Of a stretch of DNA of 38,146 nucleotides, positions 1 through 13,609 are shown in pieces. The stretch lies in the NCBI RefSeq assembly GCF_000485595.1, contig NW_014577090.1, positions 571,900 through 610,045 on the forward strand, written 5' to 3'. The notes under the pieces are model-generated. The model worked only from the letters and a program-made list of their open reading frames with translations, searched no databases and was not told the origin of the DNA. Every line of letters begins with the position of its first letter. Positions within the stretch are counted from its first letter, which is position 1. Position numbers and translations under genes: made by a program. This stretch comes from Priapulus caudatus (taxonomy: Eukaryota).

Positions 1-452
1 CACACGTATAGGGAGTCACATTCACACGCACACACGTATACAGGCACGTTCACGCGCACACACGTATACAGGCACGTTCACGCGCACACACGTATACAGG
101 CACGTTCACGCGCACACACGTACACAGGCACGTTCACACGCACACACGTATACAGGCACGTTCACACGCACACACGTATACAGGCCCGTTCACACGTACA
201 CACGTATACAGGCACGTTCACACGCACACACGTATACAGGCCCGTTCACACGCACACACGTATACAGGCCCGTTTACACGTACACACGTATACAGGCACG
301 TTCACGCGCACACACGTACACGCACGTACACACGTATACAGGCACGTACACGCACGTACACACGTATACATCCACGTACACGCGTACACACGTACACACG
401 TATACAGGCACGTACACGCGTACACACGTATACACACGTATACAGGCACGTA
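1..452. repeat. Minisatellite, 28-bp unit CACACACGTATACAGGCACGTTCACRCG, degenerating towards the 3' end
   Basis: Unit recurs with 28-bp period for about 10 copies, then shorter variants (CACACGTA/TACAGGCACGTA). Confidence 0.92.
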
Positions 453-671
453 CACACGACCACACGATTACACGGGCGCGCGCACGCACACACGATTACA
501 CGTGCGCGCGCACGCACACACGATTACACGTGCGCGCGCACGCACACACGACAACACGATTACACGCGCGCGCACGCACACACACGACCACACGATTACA
601 CGCTCGCGCACGCACACACGATTACACGCGCGCGCGCACGCACACACGATTACACGCGCGCGCGCACACAC
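453..671. repeat. Minisatellite, ~26-28-bp unit CACACACGATTACACGYGCGCGCGCACG
   Basis: GATTACAC core recurs about 7 times in a (CA)/(CG) background. Confidence 0.88.
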
Positions 672-1508
672 AGGCGTCGATAATGTGTAGGTTTTAATTG
701 CCAGTTTTTAATCGCCGCATCCGTCTATTAGAAGGATATTTATTTAATGTTTTTTTCTCACGCACGCGTTTATGAAGCCGTATATTTTTGCGTCGGTAGC
801 TTGACTGGCGGCGTGTATTTTACACAGGACCCAGGGGAGCGTGACTGCTCGTATCGTGTATTCCCTCCTTCCCAGGCACGCACGCTGGGAATCTAGGAAG
901 TGCAGCATCACCGGTCACGATAATGAAGCTGACAGAAACGCGCGCACGTACGCATACGCGCACGTACGCACACACGCACGCGCACTCACAACCATGCACG
1001 TACGCGCTCGCGCACGCACGCACGCACGCATGCATCATGTGAGTGACGACGAAATTTTAGATGGCACACGTCGATCGGGGAAGTGTGCGCCCCGGTCCGT
1101 ACGGATATACAGTCAGAAAACACGGAATCGCGTCGCGGCCATCTATACGGTTATATATAATGATCGTGCACGATGGAACTATCTAGCGTCGTATAATAAT
1201 TCCAAAAAATAATGCTAGGTGCGGTCATAAATTTGAACCCATAGGACACGATAACATTATTATCATAAATCACTGTTTATATCCGAATTCCGAGCATTAT
1301 TCCATCACGGTTATGATATAGTAAATGGAATATTAAATCAAAAATAGTATTTGGGCACTTTACCTACACTTAGGTAATGAATGCACGTAACCATTACTCA
1401 TATGAAATTCTATTCTCATATAAATTTGAAAAAAACCTTATAATTGAACGGCCAGCATAAACGACGGTAATGCGACTACGTTTTCCCCTCTACTTTGCTT
1501 CGGGCTCG

Positions 1509-1512
<4 letters not shown>

Positions 1513-1556
<44 letters not shown>

Positions 1557-1566
1557 GTGTCTCTCT
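1513..1566. repeat. (CT)n microsatellite
   Basis: Seen directly. Confidence 0.95.
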
Positions 1567-3246
1567 TCCTCCGCCATGGAGAGATTTTAAACGAAACCAG
1601 ACGTCACTGCGTCTCTACCACGGCTGGTTATAATCAACACCAGAGGATGCTGTCTCTTCTTAACGGAAAAATTGTTAAAATACGCCAGACGTCGCTATCG
1701 TCGATCGTACCCCCGATAATGTGGGGCGCGTCGGCGCGCGAGCACGTGAAAGCATGGCAGCTATGTTCGCACCATGCAGGCTTCCAGGAGAAAACTCATC
1801 TCTGGTGCCGCGTCAGAGCAACGACCGCTCACGGTATATTAACACGAACGCCTGCTGGATGCAGATAATTAACCATGTGCAAACACACGACGGCGAAGCA
1901 CGGCAGACGGCTCGCGTTCCACCTGTAGCTATAACTTCACATCGCACACGCCGACGCCGCTCGCCGACACTACCGGAGCGTGCGGTGACGTGCGGGCCAA
2001 GCATCGTCACGTGCTTCCGCGTCGTGAAAAACACGCGTGCTCGTGTCTGAGTGAATGTCAATGGATGAATGTCAAAATCAATCGGATGCTGAACGCCGTA
2101 CGATTACGTCATCGCTGATAGATCGCAGACGGCTGCTCGCCTCTAGTAAAGAATTTGAGAAAATCCAGGGTCGTTAATCGAATCGAACAGAAGCGAAGAA
2201 GCGAAGAAGCGAAGAATTATCTGTTTGCTGGTGGTTTGCGGTCGAATTCACTTGCATTTAGACAACGCAAGCTAACAGCGAAAGCTACAGGGTGTATAGC
2301 TGCCAGAGTGGTTTATGCATGTGTTAGAGGGTTGAGGACTAGGCCGCGTTTGTGGGGGTTGGATAGTTGTGCGTGAGTTCGAGGTGTAAGAGCGGGGTTG
2401 GATCGGCGGAGTTGTATCGGCATACGGAAATGTGCTAGCAAAGATATTTCTGTGTTCACTACTGTAAAACGCAAAGCATACACAAAACATAATATCAGGG
2501 GTGAATAATAATAGAGCACTTCTGATAATATTATATCAATTCGATATGTATCGGTGTGGAACACGCGGACATATTGTTCCCTGATAGCGCATGCATATGT
2601 TCGCTGCCGTTGGCAGTGATTGGTTTGTTTGAAGTGTCTACTCTATACTTATCCACGATCCGTTCTATCAGGGCAACACAATGTCTCTCTATCGCTGATA
2701 TTGTACCAATCAGTCTAAAATATATGGTTTATATTTCCATGAAAGAAGCGTTCTATGTTTACCTTGTGGCGGCCGATTTTTTTACTGGTCTATGAAATTG
2801 CAGTCTTTCACGAGATTATCACACAGGCCGGAGAGGCGCGGAACGCAGGGGAGAGAGGCTGGAAGCTGCGGAGCCTGGGGAGGCTAGATGGTGGAGGATG
2901 CTAAGGGAGGATGCACTTAGGATACTTTTATTGAGAAGCGGGTGATGAAACAGAGACATGAAAGCTGTGGGATGAGAAGGCTCGGGGGAATGGAGGGTTG
3001 GGGAAGGGTGCTGGAAAAGGGGGACGAGAGAAAGTGTCAATGCCACTGAACGCTTCTGCCACGCGTGTACTACTGGAGTTAATGCTCACAGTTAACTATG
3101 ACTATTTGGCGGAATTAAATTTGACAATGCCCCTGGAGGCAGCAGCCGCCGTAGAAATGCTAATACGTTGCTTCACATTCAATGAGAATGCAACCTAAAT
3201 CTTGATACGCTTTGCCATATAGTTCATTGACATAGTGTGGTATCCA

Positions 3247-3423
3247 TACACACGCACGCGCACGCACACACACGCTCACACACACGCTCGCACACACGCT
3301 CGCACGCACGCACGCACACACCATGCAACGTCCCGACCCACCACACAACAACACATCGGGGCAGTTCAACACCCAACACACACACATCGGGCACACACAC
3401 ACACCACCCACACACACCCCACA
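3247..3423. repeat. Degenerate (CA)n/(CACG)n microsatellite
   Basis: Seen directly. Confidence 0.85.
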
Positions 3424-4802
3424 CTATATACTATACTATAGCTGGTGCTCGGTGCTCGGGAAAACGCTTAGGACACTTTTAAGAGCAATTCAGCCCACAT
3501 ATATTACTTATTTCTAAAATATTTTCACCCCCCTCACCCATACAATCCCCATCAAAAAGGAAAGAGAAGCGTACTGGATTCACAATCTAAATACTATCCA
3601 GCCACACGGACCCAATCTACGGGTAGAGATTCCGGGATGGATAGAAGACAGTAATCACTCTCCCACCAGCATGGTATACACGCAAGGCTAATTCTCAGCC
3701 GACACTCTAGGGTAGTGGGTGGCTCGGTTTACCTTTTTATAACTTTTTTTAAACTTAATTCTAAGAATAGATTCGTAACAGAGAAACAAACAATAAGCAA
3801 TATTCTGACAAAAACAGTTCGAACGATTCTATGATTCTGTGTAGTCAAAGCTTCTGCATATACAACATTGTTATGAAATTGCGCCAAGTTATTATGAATA
3901 TGCCTCTCTGGCTTTGCAAGCCTCGTCTCGCCTTTTAAATACACAATTGGTGACATCTGTCACGTGTCTCTCTTATCATTGGGCTTTGCTTTACATCAAA
4001 ATAAAACATGAAAACTACACTAAGCTAAATACATAGGTCAATAAATTAAACCCGTCAATATAGCACGGTATCAGTTCAGGGTCACTTTCATCGTAAAATA
4101 ATGAGCAAAAGATTTAAAAAAGTAAATATTTCTCCAAATTTATAGATATCACCTCATTTTAACCAAATTAGTTGGTCAATTTGGCAGAGTTCTGCACCAG
4201 TGAAGTCACCATAGATGACATTATCAAAAAGATGAATAGCACCTTATTTTAACAAACTTAATTCTATATACCATTATATCTGAATGTATATACACAGACA
4301 AATTACAATTTTAAAAATACAAATGAACGAAAATGAACCACTAAAAGTGTGTATTGTGCTGCTTTTGAGACTCAACTGACAACTGAGTGCATAATTTATT
4401 TTTTTAAATAAATTTGGCATAGTTTAACTCTGCTGGTATTAACAAAGTTTTGGCTTTTGTCGGCTAGATGGCTACATTCGCGGGAATTTGGCTGTTCTAC
4501 TTTTCTGACATCACCCCTACTGTTAAAATTATCGCCCCTATTTATCGTTATTATATCTACAAATATGGGTGGATTTAACAAATATGGATAAGTCTATGTT
4601 GGTATTCGACACACGGGCTATACACTGAGATCGGTGGCGTGAGCTTGATGCTCACCGCGGCGAAGATTACGGCGTCAGAAACTCGGCCTCTCCTCTTTTA
4701 TAAAAAAAATAAATATATATTGTGTTGGGGTAGCGAGCACACATGTACAACGGCTCTGCCCCTTAGATATCTCCATGGTACACACACCCAAAGCCGTACA
4801 TA

Positions 4803-4804
4803 CA

Positions 4805-4848
<44 letters not shown>

Positions 4849-4859
4849 CACACGCACAC
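4803..4859. repeat. (CGCA)n microsatellite
   Basis: Seen directly. Confidence 0.93.
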
Positions 4860-5062
4860 TGAAGCCAGTAATTCAAGCAGCGTTAATCAATGCAGCCTGA
4901 TAACCCACTAACGGCTGTAGCAGCGTCGCTTTTACATCGCTATTTATCGTTTCAAAATGTAATCACGTAATCAGCACAACCTTCCTTCTACGTACTACCC
5001 ACCTATATCACCCACATTGTGAACGTCCCCCCCGTTACTAACATTCACGGCGATTACTCGCT

Positions 5063-5311
5063 TACAGGCACTTGGAGCGTTTCAATAAAATATAATAATA
5101 TATATATATATATATATGTGTCGGTGTGCCGTAGCGTGCGTGCGGTGTACATGTGTGTTGCGGAGGAGGTTGTTGTTGTGTGTGTGGCATTTACAGGAAA
5201 TTGTCGGCAATAATAGGCGAAAGAGAGTAGAGAAACATTAAGACTTTGGTAGTAAATAGATTTCGTAATTATTTAGCATTATATTTTATTGAAACGCTCC
5301 AAGTGCCCGTG
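5063..5311. mobile_element. Internally deleted copy of the CACAGG palindromic MITE (P-superfamily-like)
   Basis: Ends TACAGGCACTTGGAGCGTTTCAATAAAATATAAT ... ATTATATTTTATTGAAACGCTCCAAGTGCCCGTG are inverted. Flanks TACTCGCT (5055-5062) and GACTCGCT (5312-5319) form an 8-bp TSD with one mismatch. Right arm resembles 21343-21467. Confidence 0.88.
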
Positions 5312-5466
5312 GACTCGCTACTCGCAGAGATTTACCTATCAAATAGGAATTGTAGATGAATAGTGTAAAACTGATTTTTTATTTTTTATTTTACTAGCTA
5401 TTGATTTATTAGATTATGTATCTCCGCGAGCAATTTGTAATGATGAGATTTTGATCTTGCATTGAG

Positions 5467-5467
<1 letters not shown>

Positions 5468-5505
<38 letters not shown>

Positions 5506-5690
5506 NNNNNNNNNNNNNNNNNNNNNNNNNACACACACACGCACACACACACGCACACACACATATACCGCCCCCCCCCCCAACACACACACACCAACGC
5601 ACACACGTGCGCGCGTATGCAAACACACATACACACGCGCGCGCGCACGAACGAACGAACGCATACACAAGCGTATGCACGCACACACAT
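5468..5690. repeat. (ATT)n, 25-N gap (5506-5530), then (CA)n-rich tract
   Basis: Seen directly. Confidence 0.9.
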
Positions 5691-5826
5691 GGATAGTGTG
5701 TGGACGGCCGGATGGAAATATTCTCACGCGTGTGATAAATATTGCAGCGCCCATCACGGCCGCATAGTTCTCCGTACGGTTACCTGTTGACGACAAGCTC
5801 ACAGCGACTAGCTGCGTCCCGATCTT

Positions 5827-5830
<4 letters not shown>

Positions 5831-5864
<34 letters not shown>

Positions 5865-5897
5865 GATATATATATATATTATATATATATATTATAT
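5831..5897. repeat. (AT)n microsatellite
   Basis: Seen directly. Confidence 0.93.
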
Positions 5898-6314
5898 TGT
5901 TTACAGACGACCCCGGGAGCGCCATCTGCCGCCGATTACCACAAATTAACCCACTCAAGATTCCCTTGTTGTGCATATCGGAGTAGCTAGTTACTCTGCA
6001 TGCGCAAATGTAAGGAGGCGGTTACGAATTGACTCGTGTAATACCGGGAGCAATCTCCGTCGCTATCACGGCAGGAGAGTGGTGGTTGGACGTCGCTCCC
6101 CACATATACTGTAATGAGGTTAACGGCAATATGTAGCAGATTGCATGCCGCATGCGCACTTTTTGTCGAATCCGTTTCCGGCATTTCATCTGCACCTTCC
6201 ATCCACACGTGCCCACCTCGTGTGTAAACACTGCGAGCCACCAGATGGTGCTTAGGTCGCGCGTGGCGTGTAGTTATGTTACAAATTCTTTTTTGGTGAA
6301 AAACGTTATCTTAT

Positions 6315-6372
6315 CGCAGCTACGCGTCGCTGTTGCGCTTACCACACGAAACGTTCAGGGTTCGAGTCCCAA
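6315..6372 (+). other. Possible tRNA-derived SINE head remnant (Pol III B-box)
   Basis: GGTTCGAGTCCC at 6359-6370 matches the B-box/T-arm consensus GGTTCGANTCC; no clear A-box or cloverleaf. Confidence 0.3.
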
Positions 6373-6691
6373 TTGTAGTCCGTATGATGCGGACATGAAA
6401 ACCGCCTTACCTAATGTTATTATATGAATGATTTATTATAAACGTTTGTGGCTGAAACATGTAGCCGATCACCCTCATGCAATAGTGGTTTGGCATGGCG
6501 CCGAAATATTTAAATTCTGTATGCAAAATGGTGCATTGTAGCGCATTCTCAATGGTCAGTTTTTGTGTTACGTATGATGCTGCTTTAAGTGGCGGCCATC
6601 ATAAATGTGAAATGTACGAGCAAAACTTAAAGATCCCGATCGCGGGCTTTCGTGTACGTGCTATATATCTGACGGAAATGATTTTTCACTG

Positions 6692-6838
6692 GCATTTCCC
6701 TGGCAATTCGAAACAAAATAGAACTTCCTTATTATTCCCTCATTTCCTGAGTGCTTCCTGTGAGTGAAAACCTTGGTTTTTTCACAAATCGAACAACGTC
6801 ATTCACTTGTGCACTCACTCGCTCCCTCTCTGTCTCTG

Positions 6839-6911
<73 letters not shown>

Positions 6912-7131
6912 AGACAGGCCACCCCACACACACCAACAACACACACACCACACAACAGCACACAACACACGACACAACACNNNNNNNNNNGCATTTCCCT
7001 GGCAATTCGAAACAAAATAGAACTTCCTTATTATTCCCTCATTTCCTGAGTGCTTCCTGTGAGTGAAAACCTTGGTTTTTTCACAAATCGAACAACATCA
7101 TTCACTTGTGCACTCACTCGCTCCCTCTCTG

Positions 7132-7172
<41 letters not shown>
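6692..7172. repeat. Direct duplication (6692-6909 vs 6991-7172) across a 10-N gap, each copy ending in (TG)n
   Basis: About 150 bp near-identical starting GCATTTCCCTGGCAATTCG; differs by one SNP (AACGTC vs AACATC), a short indel and (TG)n length. Confidence 0.93.
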
Positions 7173-7173
<1 letters not shown>

Positions 7174-7715
7174 TGTGTGTGCATGCGCGTGTGCGTGCGT
7201 GTGCGTGCGTGTGTGTGTATCACCTTCATACGCACTCCCTTTCTCGTGTTCTCTCGATCTCTGCCTCCCTCCTCCCTTTCGCCGACTCACTCACTCACTC
7301 TTGTAGTTTACAACTGTGTTTATAACAACGAATACAATTCACAACATGCGCTAGCCGCGTCAAATTGGCACAGCGTGTGGCTGGAAGCCTTGGAAAGAGG
7401 GAGAAGACGCGAACCTCGGGACGCTGCTCGTAGACCTTCGCCATTAGCCATGACTCGTGTCAAATCAGGTTAGACTCACGCGTATAATCTCAAGCAGATG
7501 GCGCGATGACATGATTGAGGTCTAGTGCTGTTAGACTGTGCCCTTGTTTGCGCAGCTGCGGGCGCCACCGGCCGCCCGCTGGGAGCGGGGTCAGTCTATG
7601 AAACCACTTCGTTCGGTAAGATATGCGGCCCGCAGCGTAAATCAGTCTCACTGCGACAGTCGGCCCGTCGTAAATGACGCCAGAAGCCCAACTACGCTGT
7701 CTGCCATCGCGTGAC

Positions 7716-7718
<3 letters not shown>

Positions 7719-7759
<41 letters not shown>
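7719..7759. repeat. (AG)n microsatellite
   Basis: Seen directly. Confidence 0.95.
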
Positions 7760-7761
<2 letters not shown>

Positions 7762-7931
7762 ATATCGAAAGCAATGTTTATCGATAAAGAGTTACCCCGT
7801 CCGTAAAGGTAAGTTTACCCCCGTCCGTACACGCGCCCACGGCCAAAGCTTGCTCATAACTGTCGTATTCATGCCACGTAGAACTTTTCTACTTCGTTCA
7901 CAGCACGTTCGCATATTGTATCGCAGCACTT

Positions 7932-8158
7932 CATCCATACCTAACCTACCATCCCATACATTACTTACTATGCCTATGCCATCTTATACCTAACTTACCA
8001 TCCCATACCTAACTTAACGCCTCAGGCAATACTTACCACCCTACACATAACTTTCCAGCCCATACATATCTTACCACCCCAGGCGTATCATGCTATCCCT
8101 TGCCTAAGTTACCACCCCATACCCAAATAACTAATCCATATACCTAACTTGCCACTCT
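7932..8158. repeat. Degenerate minisatellite, ~19-bp unit ATACCTAACTTACCAYCCC
   Basis: About 11 diverged copies of CCTAACTTACCA-like cores. Confidence 0.75.
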
Positions 8159-8561
8159 AAAGTAACCCTTAACATAATGGTCGTAGTACGAACTGCATAT
8201 GTGATTGATTCATACAAGCAATCACATAAACCCAAACACTATACCATTGCCCTCTCATGTAACCCGCAAACACATTATAGAAGCAAAGATATGGGTGGGC
8301 GCATGCATGTGTGATGCACGCATCATGAGCGCCGTCTGGTGGTGGGAGCAATACCCTGCGCTAGTTACCACTAAGCTGCTGACCAGTCGGGGGCTTCCAC
8401 CGACAATCAGCATTGATCGATAATCTGCATTGATTGATGGCCATCGGTCATAGCTGGGCGGTTACAGCGTGTATTCACCAACATGGCGACATTGCTTACT
8501 GTCCCAGATGTTGCTCATCGCTTTCTTTCTCTGCCTTCCCGCGGTCTTTCTTTCACACAAC

Positions 8562-8740
8562 ATCCACGCACGCACGTATACATATACACGCGCACACACG
8601 CTCACACACACGCGCGCACGCACACGCACACGCACAAAGACGCATGCACACACGCGCATGCATACACACACACGTACTTACATACGCCCACGCCTACGTA
8701 GACGCACGAACACGCACGCGAGAGTGTGCGCGTGCGTGCT
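8562..8740. repeat. Degenerate (CA)/(CG) alternating tract
   Basis: Seen directly. Confidence 0.8.
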
Positions 8741-8879
8741 TGTTTGCGTACGTGTGAGAAAACGCGCATGTCGTTTTCGGTACAGCTATATAATTGTCGA
8801 TATAGCATCGATATGATCGCTTGATTCACGTCATGAATCTAGCTGACAACGATGACGACAGTAAAGATGGTATTGATGT

Positions 8880-9332
<453 letters not shown>

Positions 9333-12195
9333 AATAATCACATACTTCTTCCTTGACCACTAGCTTCTCACGCGCGACTACTATACTCAACTCAACCTAT
9401 TATTCTCCCTTAACTCAATAAGCCTACTCTCTTCACTTCTCTACAACCAGCTTCTCTACCCTCCTCACTTTCTCTACATACCATACGCTTCTACCCATTC
9501 TCAATCCTCTATATAACCTTCCATCTCCACCATGCACATTCTCCCCTACTCCCCTTATCCACCACCGTTGCTCCCTCTCCCTTCCTCCTCTTCACCCTAA
9601 TCACTCCATTCTACTAACAGTCAGGAAGTGAACGTCAACGAATACACGCGATTACACCACTGATTCGTATAAAGCTAACATAACCACAAAGTGATTAAAA
9701 TATCCGGCAACCCATATAATATAGATTATATAAAATATATCTCGCTTCGTATTACCCTAGGTACCTATGAATATAGATAATCAAACCTATATACATTGAC
9801 CTATTCTACGCCCAACGCACAACGTGTACTGGTAATGTAGCTGTGGTTAGTGCGAGAGTAATGGGGATAAGGGTGAGAGGCGCAAGGTATACCAATTTAT
9901 CCAGTAATTATCAAACCACAACACTTCGCTATAAACGTTATAATATATATAAACGGCGTATGTATATGGTAATTACAAGCTCCCATTAGGGAAAAGCTTA
10001 ATTTGTGTGATTGACGTGGTGGTTAAAATTAAGAAACCTAATATAAGTATGTATAGTAGTGACTTTAAGTAAGTCTATCTGTGCTTACATGTATATTGAG
10101 GGAATTGTTAAGTGGCGATAGTAATAAAGAGAGTATAAGTGTGTAGAGATGAGGCGAGTTGGGAGGCATGGCGTATTAAGAGTAATAAATCAAGCTAGTG
10201 AAATGTGTGGTATATATAATAATAGGAAAATGGGAAGCGAAGAAAAGAAGGACGTGGCATGTGTGGATGGAAGACGGAATTCGGTACCGCCGCGAAATGG
10301 GGAGGCACACCACACACGAGAGCGACTTAAGCGCTGGACACGTACTAAACTAACTAGTGCAAACCCTAACCCCTACCGCTAACCACATACACGCGTACCG
10401 CCCCGCCACGCTACTCAACTACTCACAACGTGCGCGCAGCGTACAGCCACAACACCGATAAATATGATGAGCTGCGAGACCATGAGTAGCGACATGCACC
10501 GCAATGCGGTCTGTGCAGCCTACCGATCGCATTATAGAAGATTAAAATCTGGCAAGACCTCAGTCACACACAATCCAAGGCAGAGTACACTCACATTCTA
10601 CATCGGGCGAGCTGCCGTGAATATACTAAGCTTGTTTAGCTGAGCTAGTGGAATAGAGAGAGGCCTGACTTTCAGAACACGGTCAGTGCAGCAGGCGCGA
10701 GGCTGTCGCACGACAGACGTAGGTATGTACAGTTGCCTATCGCACAATGAACTTCACGGCCAAACCGTGCGACACATGACTAAGGAGCTCCGGGCGCGGG
10801 GCACGAGCGTTGGACGAAACCACAATGCTCAAGGCTTCTCTGTTGCCATATCCACCTCTCTCTCTTTCTCTCCAGGGCATCCCTGACTCCTGTGACTGTG
10901 CACGATGTCTTTGTCGCCTGTGGCGTGCGGAACCTCCGGCTTTTATGCCCACCACGAGAGTCGGTGTTTTACTTCCTTGCCTGACCCGCAGTTGTTTATT
11001 ACAATCATCTGTGAGTTCTGTCTGAATACGGAGGGGCCGGGATGTGCCTATCTCGTCGCATCGTAGTTGTGGTATTGTTGTTGTTTGTTGTTTGAAGTTT
11101 TATCGCTTGTTTCTTGTGCCGGCGGCTACGGAGAGGAGAACAGGGTAGAACAAAGGATGTTGGGTCTCTGATCGGATGCGGATCAGCGCAAGTGGGATTC
11201 AGAATGACGGCGTGCCTGGATCCTGTCCACTTCTCTCCTCTCATTTTTGATGTTATGCTGTGCAATTATCCGGTTTGCATTTAAACTTCACTCCGACAAG
11301 TCGGGTTTTTTCCTCTCAATAGAAGTTGTGTACGCGGTGTTACTGGTCGCTTATATACTCAATGCTACCTTACATGATTTCTTATAGTCAATGTTAATCT
11401 AACGTACAATGGTTATAGAGAAACTATATGCGGAAGTTGCGCCGAATTTCACAACGATGTACTTATATATGTGCAGTGATAGACACGGTGTACGAAATCT
11501 GATAACACATAGGGGGGCACTCTGCTACCTGGAATCTGTGAATAGCGTGCATTTGGTGTCAATGCCACGGTTAATAGTTCTATAAATCAGACATTTGCGA
11601 GCGCCTGTAGCACAGGGGTGCACGAAGGGGGCACAGTGGCCTCCCCCTCCTCCTGTTTTGATGGCATACGAATTCACACACAGACAAAAATTTTACACTT
11701 TATCTGCACTCCTCGTTTATGCACCACCTAATCTGAACGCGGTCGTTCCACAGGACTGCCGGCCACAATTCCTCCGTTCTCGCCTCTTGCATCTGCTGAA
11801 CGAACATTCTCTAGAAATGAGCAGGTCAAGTCTAAAACCTTCGTTCTACAATGAACCCAGGCCACGATTCTCGTACCATATCTAGAGGTCTAATTGCATT
11901 CTTCGCCGCTCTCGCATGCATTGTACACGTAGCGTTGAACAAAAGATGTTTAAGTCATGTAGTCACCTTAGGACACACTAAGTCTCAAACGAAATCCTAA
12001 CGCTCAACGCGAAATGTGGCGCGCGTGCGTGCGATGGGTTGGGTGCGCTACGTGGCGTCGTGTAGCGTGTCAGCGCGTGTGCGTGCGGCCCTCTCAGATG
12101 TTAGAATACTTAACATACATGCGCGGCGATTGGCCGCTCAATGAATGCCCCGAGTGGCGCACAATATGAACAGAAACCTCATTGACATCTGCCGC

Positions 12196-12910
12196 TCATC
12201 TCTCTTTCTCTCAATTCTCTACCCCTCTCCTGCTTTCTCTCGCCGATTTCTCCTCTCTCCTCTCTCGTCCTCTCTCTCTTGCCCCCTCCCTTCATCTCTC
12301 TATATCCCTCTCTCCTCCTCTCTCTCTCTTCCGCCCCTCCTCTATCTTTCTATCTCTCTCTATTTCCCTCCGTCCTCTCCTCTCTCTCTCTCTTACTGCA
12401 TCTTCTCTCCGTCTTTCTCTATTCTTTCTCTTCCACCCTCTCTCTTCTCTCTAATCTTTCTCTCTTTCCTCTTCTCTCGTCTCTCTCTCGGAGCGCTCTC
12501 CTCTCCTAATCGCTCTCTCTCTCTCTTTCTTTCTTTCCCTCCTTCTCTCTCGGTCCCTATATCGCGTTTCCTCTCTCTCTCTCTTCTCTCTCTCTCTCCT
12601 CTCCTCTCTCTCCTCTATGTGGGCTCTCTCTCTCTCTCTCTCGCTCTCCTCATCTCTCGTATCGCTGCTTTCTCCTCTCATCCTCCCTCCTCGTCATCCT
12701 CTCCTCTCTCTCTCCTCATCTCTATCCTCTCTCTCTCTCTCTCCTCTCCCTCGTAAATTCGCGCGCGCCGCGCTCTCTCTCCCCGCCTCTCTCTCTGCCT
12801 CTCTCTCTCGTCACCTCTCTCTCTTCTCTCTCTCTATCTATCTTACTTTAGCCCGTCCGGATTCTCTGGCATTAGCGCGTCTAGCCCGATCCCCTCTTTC
12901 TCCCTCTCTG
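12196..12910. repeat. ~0.7 kb degenerate (CT)n polypyrimidine tract
   Basis: Near-pure C/T on the + strand with irregular periodicity. Confidence 0.9.
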
Positions 12911-13052
12911 TAACCTCTCGCTGTCGCTTCAAACAATCTAACTGCCGCACCTAACGTCTCCCTATAGTGATTATCACCACACGCCGGACCACGACCGTAC
13001 TCGTGACTCTCTGGAGAGGCGGGCAAAGCGGCTTAAAAAACCCTCGACGTTT

Positions 13053-13318
13053 AAGCAGCAGCCGTAAGCAGCTAGTAGCAGCAGCAACAGCAGCAGCAGC
13101 AGCAGCAGTAGGTAGTAAGTTAGTAGTAGCAAGGAAGTAAGAAAATATAGGACCTAAATTATTATCTTACTCCTGGTAGTAGTAGTAGTAGTATGTAAGT
13201 TGCAGCAGGGCGGCGCAGCAGTATAGTAATAGGCAGCGGCAGTAACACCAGCAGCAGCAAGCTAGCGGGGGTACAAGCAGCAGTAGTAGTAGTAGTAAGT
13301 TTGTAGCACAACAGCAGC

Positions 13319-13352
<34 letters not shown>

Positions 13353-13573
13353 CACAACAAGCAAAAACAAAACAACAGCAAGCAAGCAGTGGACTGTAGC
13401 AGTGAGTAGCAAGGCTGGAGCAGTAGCAGTAGCCACTAACAGTAGCAGTAGCAGTAGCCAGCAGTAAAGTAGTATAGAAGTAGTAGTAGTGAGTAGTAGT
13501 AAGTAGTAGTAGCAGGCAGCAGCACAGCCAGCAGCAGCAGCAGTAGTAGTAGTAAGAGGCAGCTAGTACAGTA

Positions 13574-13609
<36 letters not shown>

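Noticed and set aside
11608..11745. hAT-MITE remnant starting CAGGGGTGCACG
   Set aside because: No matching right TIR or TSD found.
12145..12913. S/L-rich and E/R-rich ORFs
   Set aside because: Translations of a (CT)n tract.
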